From NCBI GenBank assembly GCA_964426725.1, contig CAYRRV010000001.1:212538-276537 (forward strand): a DNA stretch of 64,000 bases. The letters are read 5' to 3'. This document shows positions 49,027-58,578 of the stretch, one piece after another (the first letter of the stretch is position 1; each line of letters starts with the position of its first letter). This stretch comes from an uncultured Bacteroidales bacterium (GTDB lineage Bacteria > Bacteroidota > Bacteroidia > Bacteroidales > CAYRRV01). Made by a program: the position numbers and the translations under genes. The notes under the pieces were generated by a model. It had not been told where the DNA came from, made no database searches, and worked only from the letters and a program-made list of their open reading frames with translations.

Positions 49027-49577
49027 AAACCAGTTTTTTATTATTTTTCACCATATCACTGTTTATTTTTTATGGTTGTAAAAAAGAGGATGCGGGACCT
49101 AAGACAAGTGGAACATTTACTCTTTCATCGAAATTATCCAGTTCCGAATCAGCTTTTTATTCGAATGCATATTCCTTTTCCCGGGGAGAGAAAGTGAAAT
49201 TTGGCGGTGAATTCAAGAATTCGTTCGATATTTTACTGACGAACCAGTATGATAATAACCGCGTTAATGTAATTGGTGCAAGAATGAATGCCCATCCTTC
49301 GAAAGAAGAAGCATTTGCCCTGGTAGATAGTTTTGATAGTATGGAGCAGGCCTCAACCGCTTTCGAAAGTTACAAGGAGGCAGAAGATCTTCAGTATGTT
49401 GAATTATCAGCGGTCTTAGAAATAAATGATATTTGGGGAATTAAAACTTATGATGAGAAGTATGCTAAAGTACTCGTGGAAGAAATAACAATTAATAAGG
49501 ATGACCCGGAGAATCAATACACGGAGGTTAAATTCAGATTTATTTATCAACCCGACGGCAGTAAAACTTTTCCATGA
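49023..49577 (+). CDS. Hypothetical lipoprotein
   Basis: ATG at 49023 (MKTSFLLFFTISLFIFYGCKKED, lipobox) overlaps the upstream stop (ATGA). The ORF-track start at 49014 is a GTG. Confidence 0.5.
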   Translation: MKTSFLLFFTISLFIFYGCKKEDAGPKTSGTFTLSSKLSSSESAFYSNAYSFSRGEKVKFGGEFKNSFDILLTNQYDNNRVNVIGARMNAHPSKEEAFALVDSFDSMEQASTAFESYKEAEDLQYVELSAVLEINDIWGIKTYDEKYAKVLVEEITINKDDPENQYTEVKFRFIYQPDGSKTFP

Positions 49578-49597
49578 TTATGAGGTTTTTTAGTATA

Positions 49598-49625
49598 TAA
49601 TTTTGTTGCAACAGAATATTCTGTT
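49598..49625 (+). promoter_or_regulatory. Candidate -7 box TAATTTTG (49598-49605) followed by a perfect 16-bp palindrome AACAGAATATTCTGTT (49610-49625), upstream of tdh-kbl
   Basis: Both read directly from the sequence. The palindrome begins 4 nt after the box, so it would cover the predicted transcription start. The tdh ATG is at 49831. Confidence 0.4.
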
Positions 49626-49667
49626 TGCAGATGATAGCCGGTTCTAACTATAATTTTTTTCAACCGA

Positions 49668-49728
49668 CCTGTGCCACATGCCTGAATAAAGTGACCTTCC
49701 CACTGCAACATCAAATGTGACGCCTCAC
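49668..49728 (+). repeat. Copy 4 of the dispersed repeat (3' two-thirds conserved, 5' part diverged or truncated)
   Basis: CCTGTGCCACATGCCTGAATAAAGTGACCTTCCCACTGCAACATCAAATGTGACGCCTCAC aligns to the right-hand ~60 nt of copies 1-3. The upstream part carries a T-run where the other copies have an A-run. Confidence 0.65.
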
Positions 49729-49830
49729 TACCCGGTGCTTAAATATATAATAGCCGTATGTTAAACATCATGGGACCATATTCCCTGGTTATCATTTTTC
49801 ATTGTACTTTCGTGAAAAATATCGTGTATA

Positions 49831-50787
49831 ATGGAAAATATTCTCGTAATTGGAGCTTCTGGTCAAATTGGCTCGGAATTAGTAATCAAGCTACGGAAGG
49901 TTTATGGGGATGATCATGTTTTTGCTACTGATATAAAAGAACCTCCTGCAGATGTTAAAGACTCGGGTCCTTTTCAGTTACTTGACGTGATGGATGATAA
50001 AAGACTGATTCATTTTGTAATCCGTCATAAGATCACGCAGATATACCACCTGGCTGCTGTTCTATCAGGAAATGCAGAAAGATTACCATTACAGGCCTGG
50101 AATATCAACATGGAAAGCCTGATGAATATCCTGGAGGTAGCACGCATGATCGAGGAAGTAAAAAGAGTTTTCTGGCCTAGTTCTATTGCTGTATTCGGAC
50201 CAACAACCCCAAAAATTTCAACTCCTCAACTTACCGTGATGGAACCGACTACAGTTTATGGAATCAGTAAACTCGCCGGTGAACGATGGTGTGAGTATTA
50301 TTTTCATAAATACGGGGTTGATGTAAGGAGTATTCGATATCCTGGCCTGATTAGTTACAAAACTGAAGCAGGAGGTGGTACCACCGATTATGCTGTTGAA
50401 ATTTTTTATGACGCTGTTCGACATGGTAAATACGAGTGTTTCCTGAGTGCAGACACAGTCCTTCCCATGATGTTCATGCCCGATGCCATTCGTGCAACCA
50501 TGGAGTTAATGGAAGTTGAGAGAAATAAACTATCTATACACTCGGGTTATAATGTTGCCGGAATTAGTTTTGCACCGAAAGATTTGGCAAATGAAATTAT
50601 TAAATACATTCCGGATTTTGAAATCACTTATAAACCCGATTTTCGTCAGGAAATCGCTGATACCTGGCCTCAAACAATTGACGATTCTGTTGCCAGGCAA
50701 AACAACGGGTGGAAACACGAGTATGATCTGTCCTCGATAACCAAAATTATGCTGAAAGAAATAAAAAAGAAATTTGAGAACCTGTAA
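49831..50787 (+). CDS. tdh: L-threonine 3-dehydrogenase (NAD-dependent epimerase/dehydratase, SDR-type)
   Basis: ILVIGASGQIGSEL. YGISKLAGE (YxxxK). 318 aa. Immediately upstream of kbl. Confidence 0.8.
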   Translation: MENILVIGASGQIGSELVIKLRKVYGDDHVFATDIKEPPADVKDSGPFQLLDVMDDKRLIHFVIRHKITQIYHLAAVLSGNAERLPLQAWNINMESLMNILEVARMIEEVKRVFWPSSIAVFGPTTPKISTPQLTVMEPTTVYGISKLAGERWCEYYFHKYGVDVRSIRYPGLISYKTEAGGGTTDYAVEIFYDAVRHGKYECFLSADTVLPMMFMPDAIRATMELMEVERNKLSIHSGYNVAGISFAPKDLANEIIKYIPDFEITYKPDFRQEIADTWPQTIDDSVARQNNGWKHEYDLSSITKIMLKEIKKKFENL

Positions 50788-50799
50788 AACCTGAATATC

Positions 50800-51990
50800 A
50801 TGTACGGAAAAATAAAAGAATATTTACAAAAGGAACTGCAATCTATTAAAGATGCTGGTTTGTATAAAAACGAAAGAATAATTGTATCCCCGCAAAGGAC
50901 AAAAATAACGCTTAATAACGGTCAGGAAGTGTTAAATTTTTGTGCCAACAACTATCTTGGGCTTTCAGCTCACCCTGAACTAATTAACACCGCGAAAATT
51001 GCCCTGAATACCCATGGTTTTGGTATGTCTTCCGTGCGATTCATTTGTGGTACACAAGATATTCACAAGAAGTTGGAAGAGAAAATAGCAGAATTCTTTG
51101 GTACCGAAGACACTATTTTGTACGCTGCCTGTTTTGATGCAAACGGGGGTGTTTTTGAACCATTACTCTCGGCTGAAGATGCCATCATAAGCGATAGCCT
51201 GAATCATGCATCTATCATTGATGGCGTAAGGCTTTGCAAGGCAGTTCGTTACCGTTACCAGAATGCTGATATGGCAGATTTGGAAAAAAAATTGAAAGAA
51301 GCTCAACAGCAAAGGTTTCGAATTATTGTCACTGATGGTGTATTCTCCATGGATGGCAACGTGGCGCCAATGGATAAGATTATTTCTCTCGCGGAGCAAT
51401 ATGATGCTATCGTGATGGTAGATGAGTGCCATTCCGCGGGGGTAGTGGGCCGCACGGGAAGAGGAGTTACTGAATTATTCAATATCAGGGGAAAGGTTGA
51501 CATCATTACCGGCACGTTAGGTAAGGCTTTTGGCGGGGCCGTTGGTGGTTTTACAACCGGACGAAAAGAGATGATTGAAATGTTGCGGCAAAGATCCAGA
51601 CCCTACCTGTTTTCAAATTCATTACCGCCCATGGTAGTTAGCGCTGGTATACGGATGTTTGAAATGATGTCCGAAACAACAGAACTGCAGGACAAATTGC
51701 ATGAAAATACCCGGTATTTTAAAGAACAAATCACGAACTCCGGGTTCGATATTAAAACCACCCAGTCGGCTATCGTTGCAATCATGCTCTACGATGCAAA
51801 ATTATCCCAGGATTTTGCAGCAAGACTCCTGGAAGAAGGAATTTACGTGATAGGTTTTTATTTTCCGGTTGTACCAAAGGGCGAAGCGCGCATCAGGGTG
51901 CAACTTTCAGCCAGTCATCAAAAAGAAGATATCGATAAAGCAATTGCAGCGTTTAATAAGATAGGAAAAGAACTGGGAGTTTTGAAATAA
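50800..51990 (+). CDS. kbl: Glycine C-acetyltransferase (2-amino-3-ketobutyrate CoA ligase)
   Basis: NFCANNYLGL, DECHSAG and GTLGKAFG (PLP lysine) motifs. 396 aa. Confidence 0.95.
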   Translation: MYGKIKEYLQKELQSIKDAGLYKNERIIVSPQRTKITLNNGQEVLNFCANNYLGLSAHPELINTAKIALNTHGFGMSSVRFICGTQDIHKKLEEKIAEFFGTEDTILYAACFDANGGVFEPLLSAEDAIISDSLNHASIIDGVRLCKAVRYRYQNADMADLEKKLKEAQQQRFRIIVTDGVFSMDGNVAPMDKIISLAEQYDAIVMVDECHSAGVVGRTGRGVTELFNIRGKVDIITGTLGKAFGGAVGGFTTGRKEMIEMLRQRSRPYLFSNSLPPMVVSAGIRMFEMMSETTELQDKLHENTRYFKEQITNSGFDIKTTQSAIVAIMLYDAKLSQDFAARLLEEGIYVIGFYFPVVPKGEARIRVQLSASHQKEDIDKAIAAFNKIGKELGVLK

Positions 51991-52105
51991 GCAAGTTCAA
52001 CCTGTTTATCTTACCTGTATTGAATGTAATTGTTTACATGCAATGCTTTATCGTTTAAAAAAACATTTTATCTTTAGGGTTTTTATTCTTTAAACCCGAA
52101 ATTTA

Positions 52106-54073
52106 ATGAAACAATTCAAGTTCATTAATCTTGTTATTCTCCTACAGTTGTTTGCTCTTCCGGTAATGGCAGATGTTGTTATGCCAAGAATTTTCGGGAG
52201 CAACATGGTTTTACAACAAAACAAGGAAGTTCCCGTTTGGGGATGGGCTAACCCTGGTGAAAAAGTTTCTTTGCAATTTAACGGTCAAAAACTGAACACC
52301 AAAGCCGATATAGAAGGAAAATGGGAGATTGTATTGAAATCCATGATCGCCGGCGGACCATACACAATGACCATTAAAGGTGAAAATACAATCACTTTTG
52401 ACAATGTAATGATTGGAGAGGTGTGGATTTGTAGTGGCCAGTCGAACATGGAGTGGCCTGTCGAGAGATCATTAAACGCGGAAAAAGAAATCGCGAATGC
52501 AGATTATCCCAGTATCCGCTTATTTACAGTGGAACATGAAATGAGTCCCAAGCCGCTTGAGGACCTTACTTCCGGGGAATGGGCAGAATGCTCTCCTTTA
52601 TCCATACCAAATTTTTCGGCGGTTGGATATTTTTTTGGGAGAAATCTTCATGAGCACCTTGATGTTCCTGTCGGGTTGATCAGTACAAATTGGGGAGGTA
52701 CGAACGTGGAAACATGGACAAGTGCCGAAACCATGATTAATGATGTGGATTTTTCTGAAAGAATAAAGGAGCTGGCTGGAGGTAACCTGGAGGAGATATT
52801 CAAAAAGAATGAAAAGGAGATGGAAGAATGGCAGCGTTCGCTGAAGGAAAAAGATGCCGGAATGAAAGCCGGTAAATATGTATGGTCTGATCCGGACAAT
52901 GATTTTTCATCATGGAAAAACATGAAGGTACCTGGTAATTGGGAAGCACAGGGATTAGAAGGTGTTGATGGTGTTGTTTGGTTTAAAACAAAATTTACTC
53001 TGCCTGACGGGGTTGCCGAAAAAGGATTATTGTTGAGTCTTGGTGCTATTGATGATTCTGACAATACTTTCGTGAATGGTGTGCAAGTAGGACAAACATA
53101 CAATAAATATAATACACCCAGGAAGTACGAGGTTAGGGAAGAAGTTTTAAAAGAGGGCGAAAATACGCTGGTCGTGAGAATCGAAGATTATACCGGGGGC
53201 GGGGGAATGCATGGTGAACCATCTGATTTATTTATAGAATCAGGCCAATTTAAAAAAAGCCTGGCTGGTGAATGGAAATACAAGGTTGGTTTGGCAGCTA
53301 TAAATAACAGGCCCAGGCAGGCAGGCCCTAATAGTTACCCAACACTGCTTTTTAATGGGATGATCAACCCTATCATTCCTTACGGTATACGGGGAGCTAT
53401 TTGGTACCAGGGAGAATCTAATGCCTCAAGGGCATATCAGTACCGGCGCTTGTTTAAAAATATGATTATCGATTGGCGGATGCATTGGAAACAAGGAGAT
53501 TTTCCTTTCCTTTTTGTGCAACTGGCCAATTTCATGGAACCATCTCCTGAACCCCGCGATGCTGAATGGGCAGAATTGAGGGAAGCGCAAACCATGGCTC
53601 TTTCTCTTCCTGCCACGGGTATGGCTTCAGCTATTGATATTGGAGAAGCTGATGATATTCATCCAAGGAACAAGCAGGATGTCGGGTACCGGTTATCTCT
53701 CGCGGCCAGGAAAATAGCTTACAACGAGGATATCGTTTATTCCGGCCCCATGTATGAATCAATGGATATTACAGGAAATAGCATCAAGGTGCATTTTGAA
53801 CACGTGGGTTCCGGTCTCGTGGTTAAGGATCGTTACGGGTACGTGAAAGGATTTGCTGTCGCGGGAAAGGATAGTGAATTTGAATGGGCGAAAGCAAAGA
53901 TTATTGATGATAATACCGTTGAAGTTTATTCTGAAAAAATTGAAAATCCCGTTGCCGTGCGCTACGGGTGGGCTAATAACCCGGATGACCTTAACTTGTA
54001 CAACAAGGAAGGATTACCGGCTAATCCTTTCAGAACAGATAACCGGAAGTTGTTAACGGAAGGCCAAAAATAA
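52106..54073 (+). CDS. Sialate O-acetylesterase family (SASA/DUF303) protein with inserted galactose-binding-like domain
   Basis: Signal peptide. GEVWICSGQSNMEWPV (GQSNM nucleophile motif). Central jelly-roll-like segment (WFKTKFTLP...NGVQVG...L.EGENTLVVRIED). Confidence 0.8.
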   Translation: MKQFKFINLVILLQLFALPVMADVVMPRIFGSNMVLQQNKEVPVWGWANPGEKVSLQFNGQKLNTKADIEGKWEIVLKSMIAGGPYTMTIKGENTITFDNVMIGEVWICSGQSNMEWPVERSLNAEKEIANADYPSIRLFTVEHEMSPKPLEDLTSGEWAECSPLSIPNFSAVGYFFGRNLHEHLDVPVGLISTNWGGTNVETWTSAETMINDVDFSERIKELAGGNLEEIFKKNEKEMEEWQRSLKEKDAGMKAGKYVWSDPDNDFSSWKNMKVPGNWEAQGLEGVDGVVWFKTKFTLPDGVAEKGLLLSLGAIDDSDNTFVNGVQVGQTYNKYNTPRKYEVREEVLKEGENTLVVRIEDYTGGGGMHGEPSDLFIESGQFKKSLAGEWKYKVGLAAINNRPRQAGPNSYPTLLFNGMINPIIPYGIRGAIWYQGESNASRAYQYRRLFKNMIIDWRMHWKQGDFPFLFVQLANFMEPSPEPRDAEWAELREAQTMALSLPATGMASAIDIGEADDIHPRNKQDVGYRLSLAARKIAYNEDIVYSGPMYESMDITGNSIKVHFEHVGSGLVVKDRYGYVKGFAVAGKDSEFEWAKAKIIDDNTVEVYSEKIENPVAVRYGWANNPDDLNLYNKEGLPANPFRTDNRKLLTEGQK

Positions 54074-54328
54074 TCCGTGTTTATTTTGAACAACTATGAA
54101 AGGGATTTCTGCTTCTCCTGCAGTGAACAATGTTTCTTTTGAAAATTCAAACTCAATCACGCAATCACGTCCACACGCGCATTTTTGTAAATGCCTGCCC
54201 GGTATAAGCCAAAATAAACAATCGATTTTTAAAGTTTTTACAGGCCTTACGGGTATCATTATACCTTAATTTTTTTATTAATTACTAACTGGGTATTTCA
54301 AGCTGAGAATATATGGCAAAAATTAAAT

Positions 54329-55684
54329 TCAAAGCCAGTTTTGGATGTATTTTTCAACATTGAATTTTCTTTTTGCACCGTTATAATTCATGTAACGTAT
54401 TTTGCCAAAAACCGGTCGTTCCTGCCAGGGACGATCGTGAACACCCCCAATCGACCACATGATTCCCGCGTGGCCATTCGGATCACGGCCGTCCAACGAG
54501 TAGCGATCATTAAGAATTATGGCAATGGATAATGCATCCCCCGGGGTCTTTGTCCACTCCAGTATCTTTTTGGCCCAGTACATTCTCATGTAATTGTGCA
54601 TTTTCCCTGTTTTTACCATCTGAACTTGGGCTGCATTCCACAAGTTATCAAGCGTTTTGCCATTATCAAATTCTTCCAGGCTATAAAGGTATTCTCTTTC
54701 ATCTTCACGATGTATTTCATGAGTTTGCTTAGCCCACTCGGGAAAACCTTCAGTGTTGTCGTAATTGCTGTTATAATAACAATAATTATCTGATAATTCC
54801 CTGCGAACAATCAATTGCTCAAGAAAGGGTTTTGTAAGTGATTTGCCCTGTACATTTTTCACGATTTCCAGTGCGACCCGTTGAGCAGATACATGTCCGA
54901 AATGCAGGTATGGTGAAAGACCCGAGCTAACCTCCCTCGTGGGATCATGAATGTTTTCACCATAATGTTTTATTTTATGATGAATAAAATCATCAAGCTT
55001 TTTCATTGCTTCTTCAGGGCCAGGCCCGGGTTCTATATTCCTGTTTCCTTCATTCTTAATTGCAGGGAATGAAAATATAGTTTCCCAGTTGTTTTTTGCG
55101 AGGGTAACTTTATGTTGGTATTTGAGCCGGGGTAGAGCGGGAAATTCTTCCAGGAATTTTTCCAGTTGCCGGGTAATTTTTGGCCTGAAGGTATAAGCAG
55201 CAAATTCCTGTTTGTTACTAGCGTGCCAGCAAGGAACAATGTTATGTGCATCAACTTCCAGGATCGGAATGCTCGAATCTTTTACAAGACGGGTTTTCCA
55301 TTCCTTTTTGATCTTTAAGGGATCAAAATCGGTTATAACCATGGCAACTTCGTTCTCCCGGGTATATGCCAGGATTTCTTCAGGAGGTTTACCCATGAGT
55401 ACATGAAAAGGAATATTATTCCTGGCAAGTGATTTTTCCACTATTTTAAGGTTTTCAAGCATGAAAAGGTACTGCCTGGTAGTGGCCTCCCCGAAGGATT
55501 CCGCGAGCGTGAATACCACGACCAATGATAATTTCCGCTGGGATGCCTGTTCCGCGGCATACAATAATGCCCAGTTGTCTTCTACTCGTTGGTCGCGACT
55601 CATCCAGTATAGAATAATTTTACCTCTCGCGGTTCCTTTATTCATTGCCCGGACTCTTTCTTCTCTCACAAGGTCAGTTCGCAT
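54329..55684 (-). CDS. phr: Deoxyribodipyrimidine photolyase, class II
   Basis: IILYWMSRDQRVEDNWAL, LSPYLHFGHVS, and a C-terminal YMRMYWAKKILEW...W region typical of class II CPD photolyases. Confidence 0.9.
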   Translation of the reverse strand: MRTDLVREERVRAMNKGTARGKIILYWMSRDQRVEDNWALLYAAEQASQRKLSLVVVFTLAESFGEATTRQYLFMLENLKIVEKSLARNNIPFHVLMGKPPEEILAYTRENEVAMVITDFDPLKIKKEWKTRLVKDSSIPILEVDAHNIVPCWHASNKQEFAAYTFRPKITRQLEKFLEEFPALPRLKYQHKVTLAKNNWETIFSFPAIKNEGNRNIEPGPGPEEAMKKLDDFIHHKIKHYGENIHDPTREVSSGLSPYLHFGHVSAQRVALEIVKNVQGKSLTKPFLEQLIVRRELSDNYCYYNSNYDNTEGFPEWAKQTHEIHREDEREYLYSLEEFDNGKTLDNLWNAAQVQMVKTGKMHNYMRMYWAKKILEWTKTPGDALSIAIILNDRYSLDGRDPNGHAGIMWSIGGVHDRPWQERPVFGKIRYMNYNGAKRKFNVEKYIQNWL

Positions 55685-55802
55685 GATTCATGTTAATATT
55701 ATTTCAAAATATCTTTCTGGCAAATGCATCATGTAAATAAAATGTTTAATTTAGTCAATTGTTTAACTACCGGGATATTTTATTTAAGTTAAATTTAGTA
55801 AA

Positions 55803-56216
55803 ATGGAAATTTATAACAGCGACTATTCAGTGATTATGCAACAACCCCGGGATAATTTGCTCATTTCCTCCTGGAAATCGAGATCGTCGGAGTTGGATGA
55901 GGATGGAGTAAAAAAGGAGATGCTTATGTTATTGGATAATACCAGGGAGTTTCATCCTACAGGAATTCTTGCAGATACGCGTGAGTTTTATTTTGATATT
56001 GATCAGAAAATGCAGGATTGGATCGTGAAGCATCTGATAAGTGAAATCATTGAACTGGGAGTACATAAATATGCCATTGTAGTTACAGAAGATAGTTACA
56101 AGTATCTTTCTCGTGAATTAATTGAGGAAGAGACCTTTGATAATTTTAGTATTCAATATTTCACGGATCATGAAAAAGCCCTGGCCTGGCTGAAAAAGGA
56201 CCGGGCTGATTCATGA
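55803..56216 (+). CDS. Hypothetical protein
   Basis: 137-aa ORF with an ATG start in its own intergenic context. I recognise no domain. Confidence 0.45.
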   Translation: MEIYNSDYSVIMQQPRDNLLISSWKSRSSELDEDGVKKEMLMLLDNTREFHPTGILADTREFYFDIDQKMQDWIVKHLISEIIELGVHKYAIVVTEDSYKYLSRELIEEETFDNFSIQYFTDHEKALAWLKKDRADS

Positions 56217-56292
56217 AACATGTAATGCATATACCTCGTCTTTTTATTATGATGGTTTTTTTATAAATTTGTATAAAATCAAAACCTTGTCC

Positions 56293-56625
56293 ATGCAAAG
56301 ATCACTTATCATTAGTATAATAGCAGCTGTTCTTCTGGTTGTTTTTGCAATTCAGAATGTTGAACCTATTAATGTCAGGTTATATTTATGGGATGTTAGC
56401 TTGTCCCGTGCATTGCTGCTTCTTGTAACTTTCGGGATTGGTGTTATCCTTGGGGCACTTTTTTCTATTCCTACCATGAATAGGAAAAATAAAATTATAA
56501 GAGAAAAAGACAAGTTGCTTCACGAGAAGAATAAAATTATTGAAGAGCTAAACCGCACGATTGATAAATTGTACCCGGGCCAGGAGGGAAAACAAGGTCC
56601 GGGGAAGCAGGAGGATAACGTATAA
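56293..56625 (+). CDS. LapA-family (DUF1049-like) small membrane protein
   Basis: Two TM helices (LIISIIAAVLLVVFAIQN; ALLLLVTFGIGVILGALF) followed by a coiled-coil tail. I use the ATG at 56293; the ORF-track start at 56269 is a TTG. Confidence 0.6.
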   Translation: MQRSLIISIIAAVLLVVFAIQNVEPINVRLYLWDVSLSRALLLLVTFGIGVILGALFSIPTMNRKNKIIREKDKLLHEKNKIIEELNRTIDKLYPGQEGKQGPGKQEDNV

Positions 56626-56634
56626 AAGTATTGA

Positions 56635-57060
56635 TTATTTCTTATTTTTTTTAGCACGTGTTCTGTCTAACGGGTAATCATTTTCTATCCATTCATTAAG
56701 GCCCCCGGATAAATTATAAACATTTGTAAAACCCATATCAACAAGGAGAATACAAGCCTGCCGGCTTCTGTCACCATCCTCGCAATAGACCAGTAATGGA
56801 GTCTCGGGAAGACAATCCTTTACAATATCCTTCAAAAAGTCTGATGTTTCAGCAAGACTGGCATTTTCAAGCCTGCATTTTTTGAATTCTTTCCAAGTTC
56901 TTACATCGATAATCACTTCATCGTCACGTTCAAGAATGATTGAATAAAAAAGAGATGCATTTGCTTCCTCGAAAGTTTTCACGGGATTATCCTGTCCTGA
57001 AAATGTCATCTGAAATATTATCAGTCCCAGGTTTAAATAAAACATTAGTAATAAATGCAT
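56635..57060 (-). CDS. Rhodanese-like domain protein
   Basis: N-terminal hydrophobic signal. IIDVRTWKEF. Active-site loop YCEDGDRS. GGLNEW. Confidence 0.8.
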   Translation of the reverse strand: MHLLLMFYLNLGLIIFQMTFSGQDNPVKTFEEANASLFYSIILERDDEVIIDVRTWKEFKKCRLENASLAETSDFLKDIVKDCLPETPLLVYCEDGDRSRQACILLVDMGFTNVYNLSGGLNEWIENDYPLDRTRAKKNKK

Positions 57061-57119
57061 TTTTCAGGAAAATAAGGTTCGATATTTCTAAAACTACGGA
57101 ATATATTAATAAAAATTGC

Positions 57120-57815
57120 ATGATTAAAAAATTATTTTCCTGTTTTGATGACTTCATTAATCTTGTTTATCCTGGTGTTTGCGCGGGCTGTGGTAATAGT
57201 TTATACAGGCAGGAACGATACATCTGTACAAGTTGCCTGTATAATTTACCCAAGACAGGATTTCATAAAGAGGAAGTCAATTCTGTATCCATGTTATTTT
57301 GGGGAAGATCCGAGATAACCAACGCGGCGGCATATTGTTATTTTCATAAAAAAGGATTACTTCAGAATTTAATTCATCAGTTAAAATATAAAGGGTATAA
57401 GGAACTGGGGTTCGAATTGGGATTTCTTTATGGCCTCGAGTTGGTCAACAGCGCGTATCAGGCAATTGATATTATTGTGCCGGTACCCCTCCACCCTTTA
57501 AAGATAAAGAAAAGAGGCTATAATCAAAGTGAATGGATCGCGAAGGGATTGAGTTCCGCAATGTCTAAGCCACTGAATGTCAGCAATCTGTATCGTGAAG
57601 GATATACAGAGACACAGACCCGAAAAGGACGGTACGATCGTTTTCTGAATGTTGAGAAGGTATTTCAGGTTAAAAAAACATCATTGTTCGAGAAAAAACA
57701 TGTTTTACTGGTGGATGATATTGTTACGACAGGCTCTACATTAGAGGCCTGCGCGAATCTTCTTCTTGGCATTGATGGGGTTACCGTGAGTTTAGTTACC
57801 ATTGGTTTCGCGTGA
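57120..57815 (+). CDS. comF: ComF family phosphoribosyltransferase-domain protein
   Basis: N-terminal Zn-ribbon CAGCGN...CTSC. PRT motif VLLVDDIVTTGSTL. I use the ATG at 57120; the ORF-track start at 56940 overlaps the rhodanese gene. Confidence 0.8.
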   Translation: MIKKLFSCFDDFINLVYPGVCAGCGNSLYRQERYICTSCLYNLPKTGFHKEEVNSVSMLFWGRSEITNAAAYCYFHKKGLLQNLIHQLKYKGYKELGFELGFLYGLELVNSAYQAIDIIVPVPLHPLKIKKRGYNQSEWIAKGLSSAMSKPLNVSNLYREGYTETQTRKGRYDRFLNVEKVFQVKKTSLFEKKHVLLVDDIVTTGSTLEACANLLLGIDGVTVSLVTIGFA

Positions 57816-57822
57816 TACGAGG

Positions 57823-58449
57823 TTAAAACAATAGGTAATAAAATGACAAGGAGATAGTATTATTATACTGCCCCTGATCCAGGTAATAGGTTTGATTACC
57901 AGGATGTTCCCTGGTGGGAAGCAGGCTGTAAATAAATCTCGCGTTAGCAATTATTCTTTCCCCTAGCATGTAGTTGAATCCCACCATTCCTGCAATCTCT
58001 AAAGTATTAAAGTCTTTCTGTGGTTCCACGTAACCATTGCCATCATCCTCCCTGGCACTAATAAGATAACCAAATGAAGGTCCTACTTCGACAAGCATTC
58101 TGTCATTCAGGGAAATCTGGCCTGTAACAGGAACCTGAATATATCTTAGCCTCATCCGGTAATATTGTACTTCTATTATATCCTTAATGAGGCCGGAACT
58201 GGCTCCCTTGCTGAAATATTTGATTTCGATCTGATAATTTACCGGATCCCCGAAAGTAGTTTTTGTATATGCTCCAACAATTACCCCGGGCATATCATAA
58301 CCGGAATACCGGTCACCATCAATTTGATTTAAACTGATTCCAAGTAGCGGACCACCCTCGAAAGCCTGCCCGGCAGCCAGAAATGACAACCCGGATAAGA
58401 AAATCGTGAATAATGATTTTAATAATACCATTGAATAGTTTTTCATCAT
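57823..58449 (-). CDS. Small outer-membrane beta-barrel protein (porin-family-like)
   Basis: Signal peptide (LSFLAAGQA). Alternating beta-strand pattern. Terminal aromatic residue (...FYYLLF). Confidence 0.55.
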   Translation of the reverse strand: MMKNYSMVLLKSLFTIFLSGLSFLAAGQAFEGGPLLGISLNQIDGDRYSGYDMPGVIVGAYTKTTFGDPVNYQIEIKYFSKGASSGLIKDIIEVQYYRMRLRYIQVPVTGQISLNDRMLVEVGPSFGYLISAREDDGNGYVEPQKDFNTLEIAGMVGFNYMLGERIIANARFIYSLLPTREHPGNQTYYLDQGQYNNTISLSFYYLLF

Positions 58450-58578
58450 AATAAGATTTAATTTTTAAAGGTATGATGCCTGCCTGGTAGCAGACAGGGA
58501 ATACCTATGTTGCAAATTATAGTACTGTCGTGTTTGCGTTCGGTAAACATGGATGTTTCATTAAGAATATTTTTAATA

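Noticed and set aside
52648-53103. 151-aa minus-strand ORF
   Set aside because: It lies antisense within the sialate O-acetylesterase-family gene and is a shadow ORF.
54096-54136. Possible partial repeat copy (AAAGGGATTTCTGCTTCTCCTGCAGTGAACAATGTTTC) between the esterase and photolyase genes
   Set aside because: It shows only block-wise similarity to the AAAGGGACATTTCTTC...CAATGTGAC part. It needs indels, lacks the terminal GTGACGCGTCAC, and is too weak to call by eye.
56940-57119. ORF-track N-terminal extension of comF overlapping the rhodanese gene
   Set aside because: These 60 extra residues overlap the divergent rhodanese CDS. The ComF Zn-ribbon begins right after the internal ATG at 57120.
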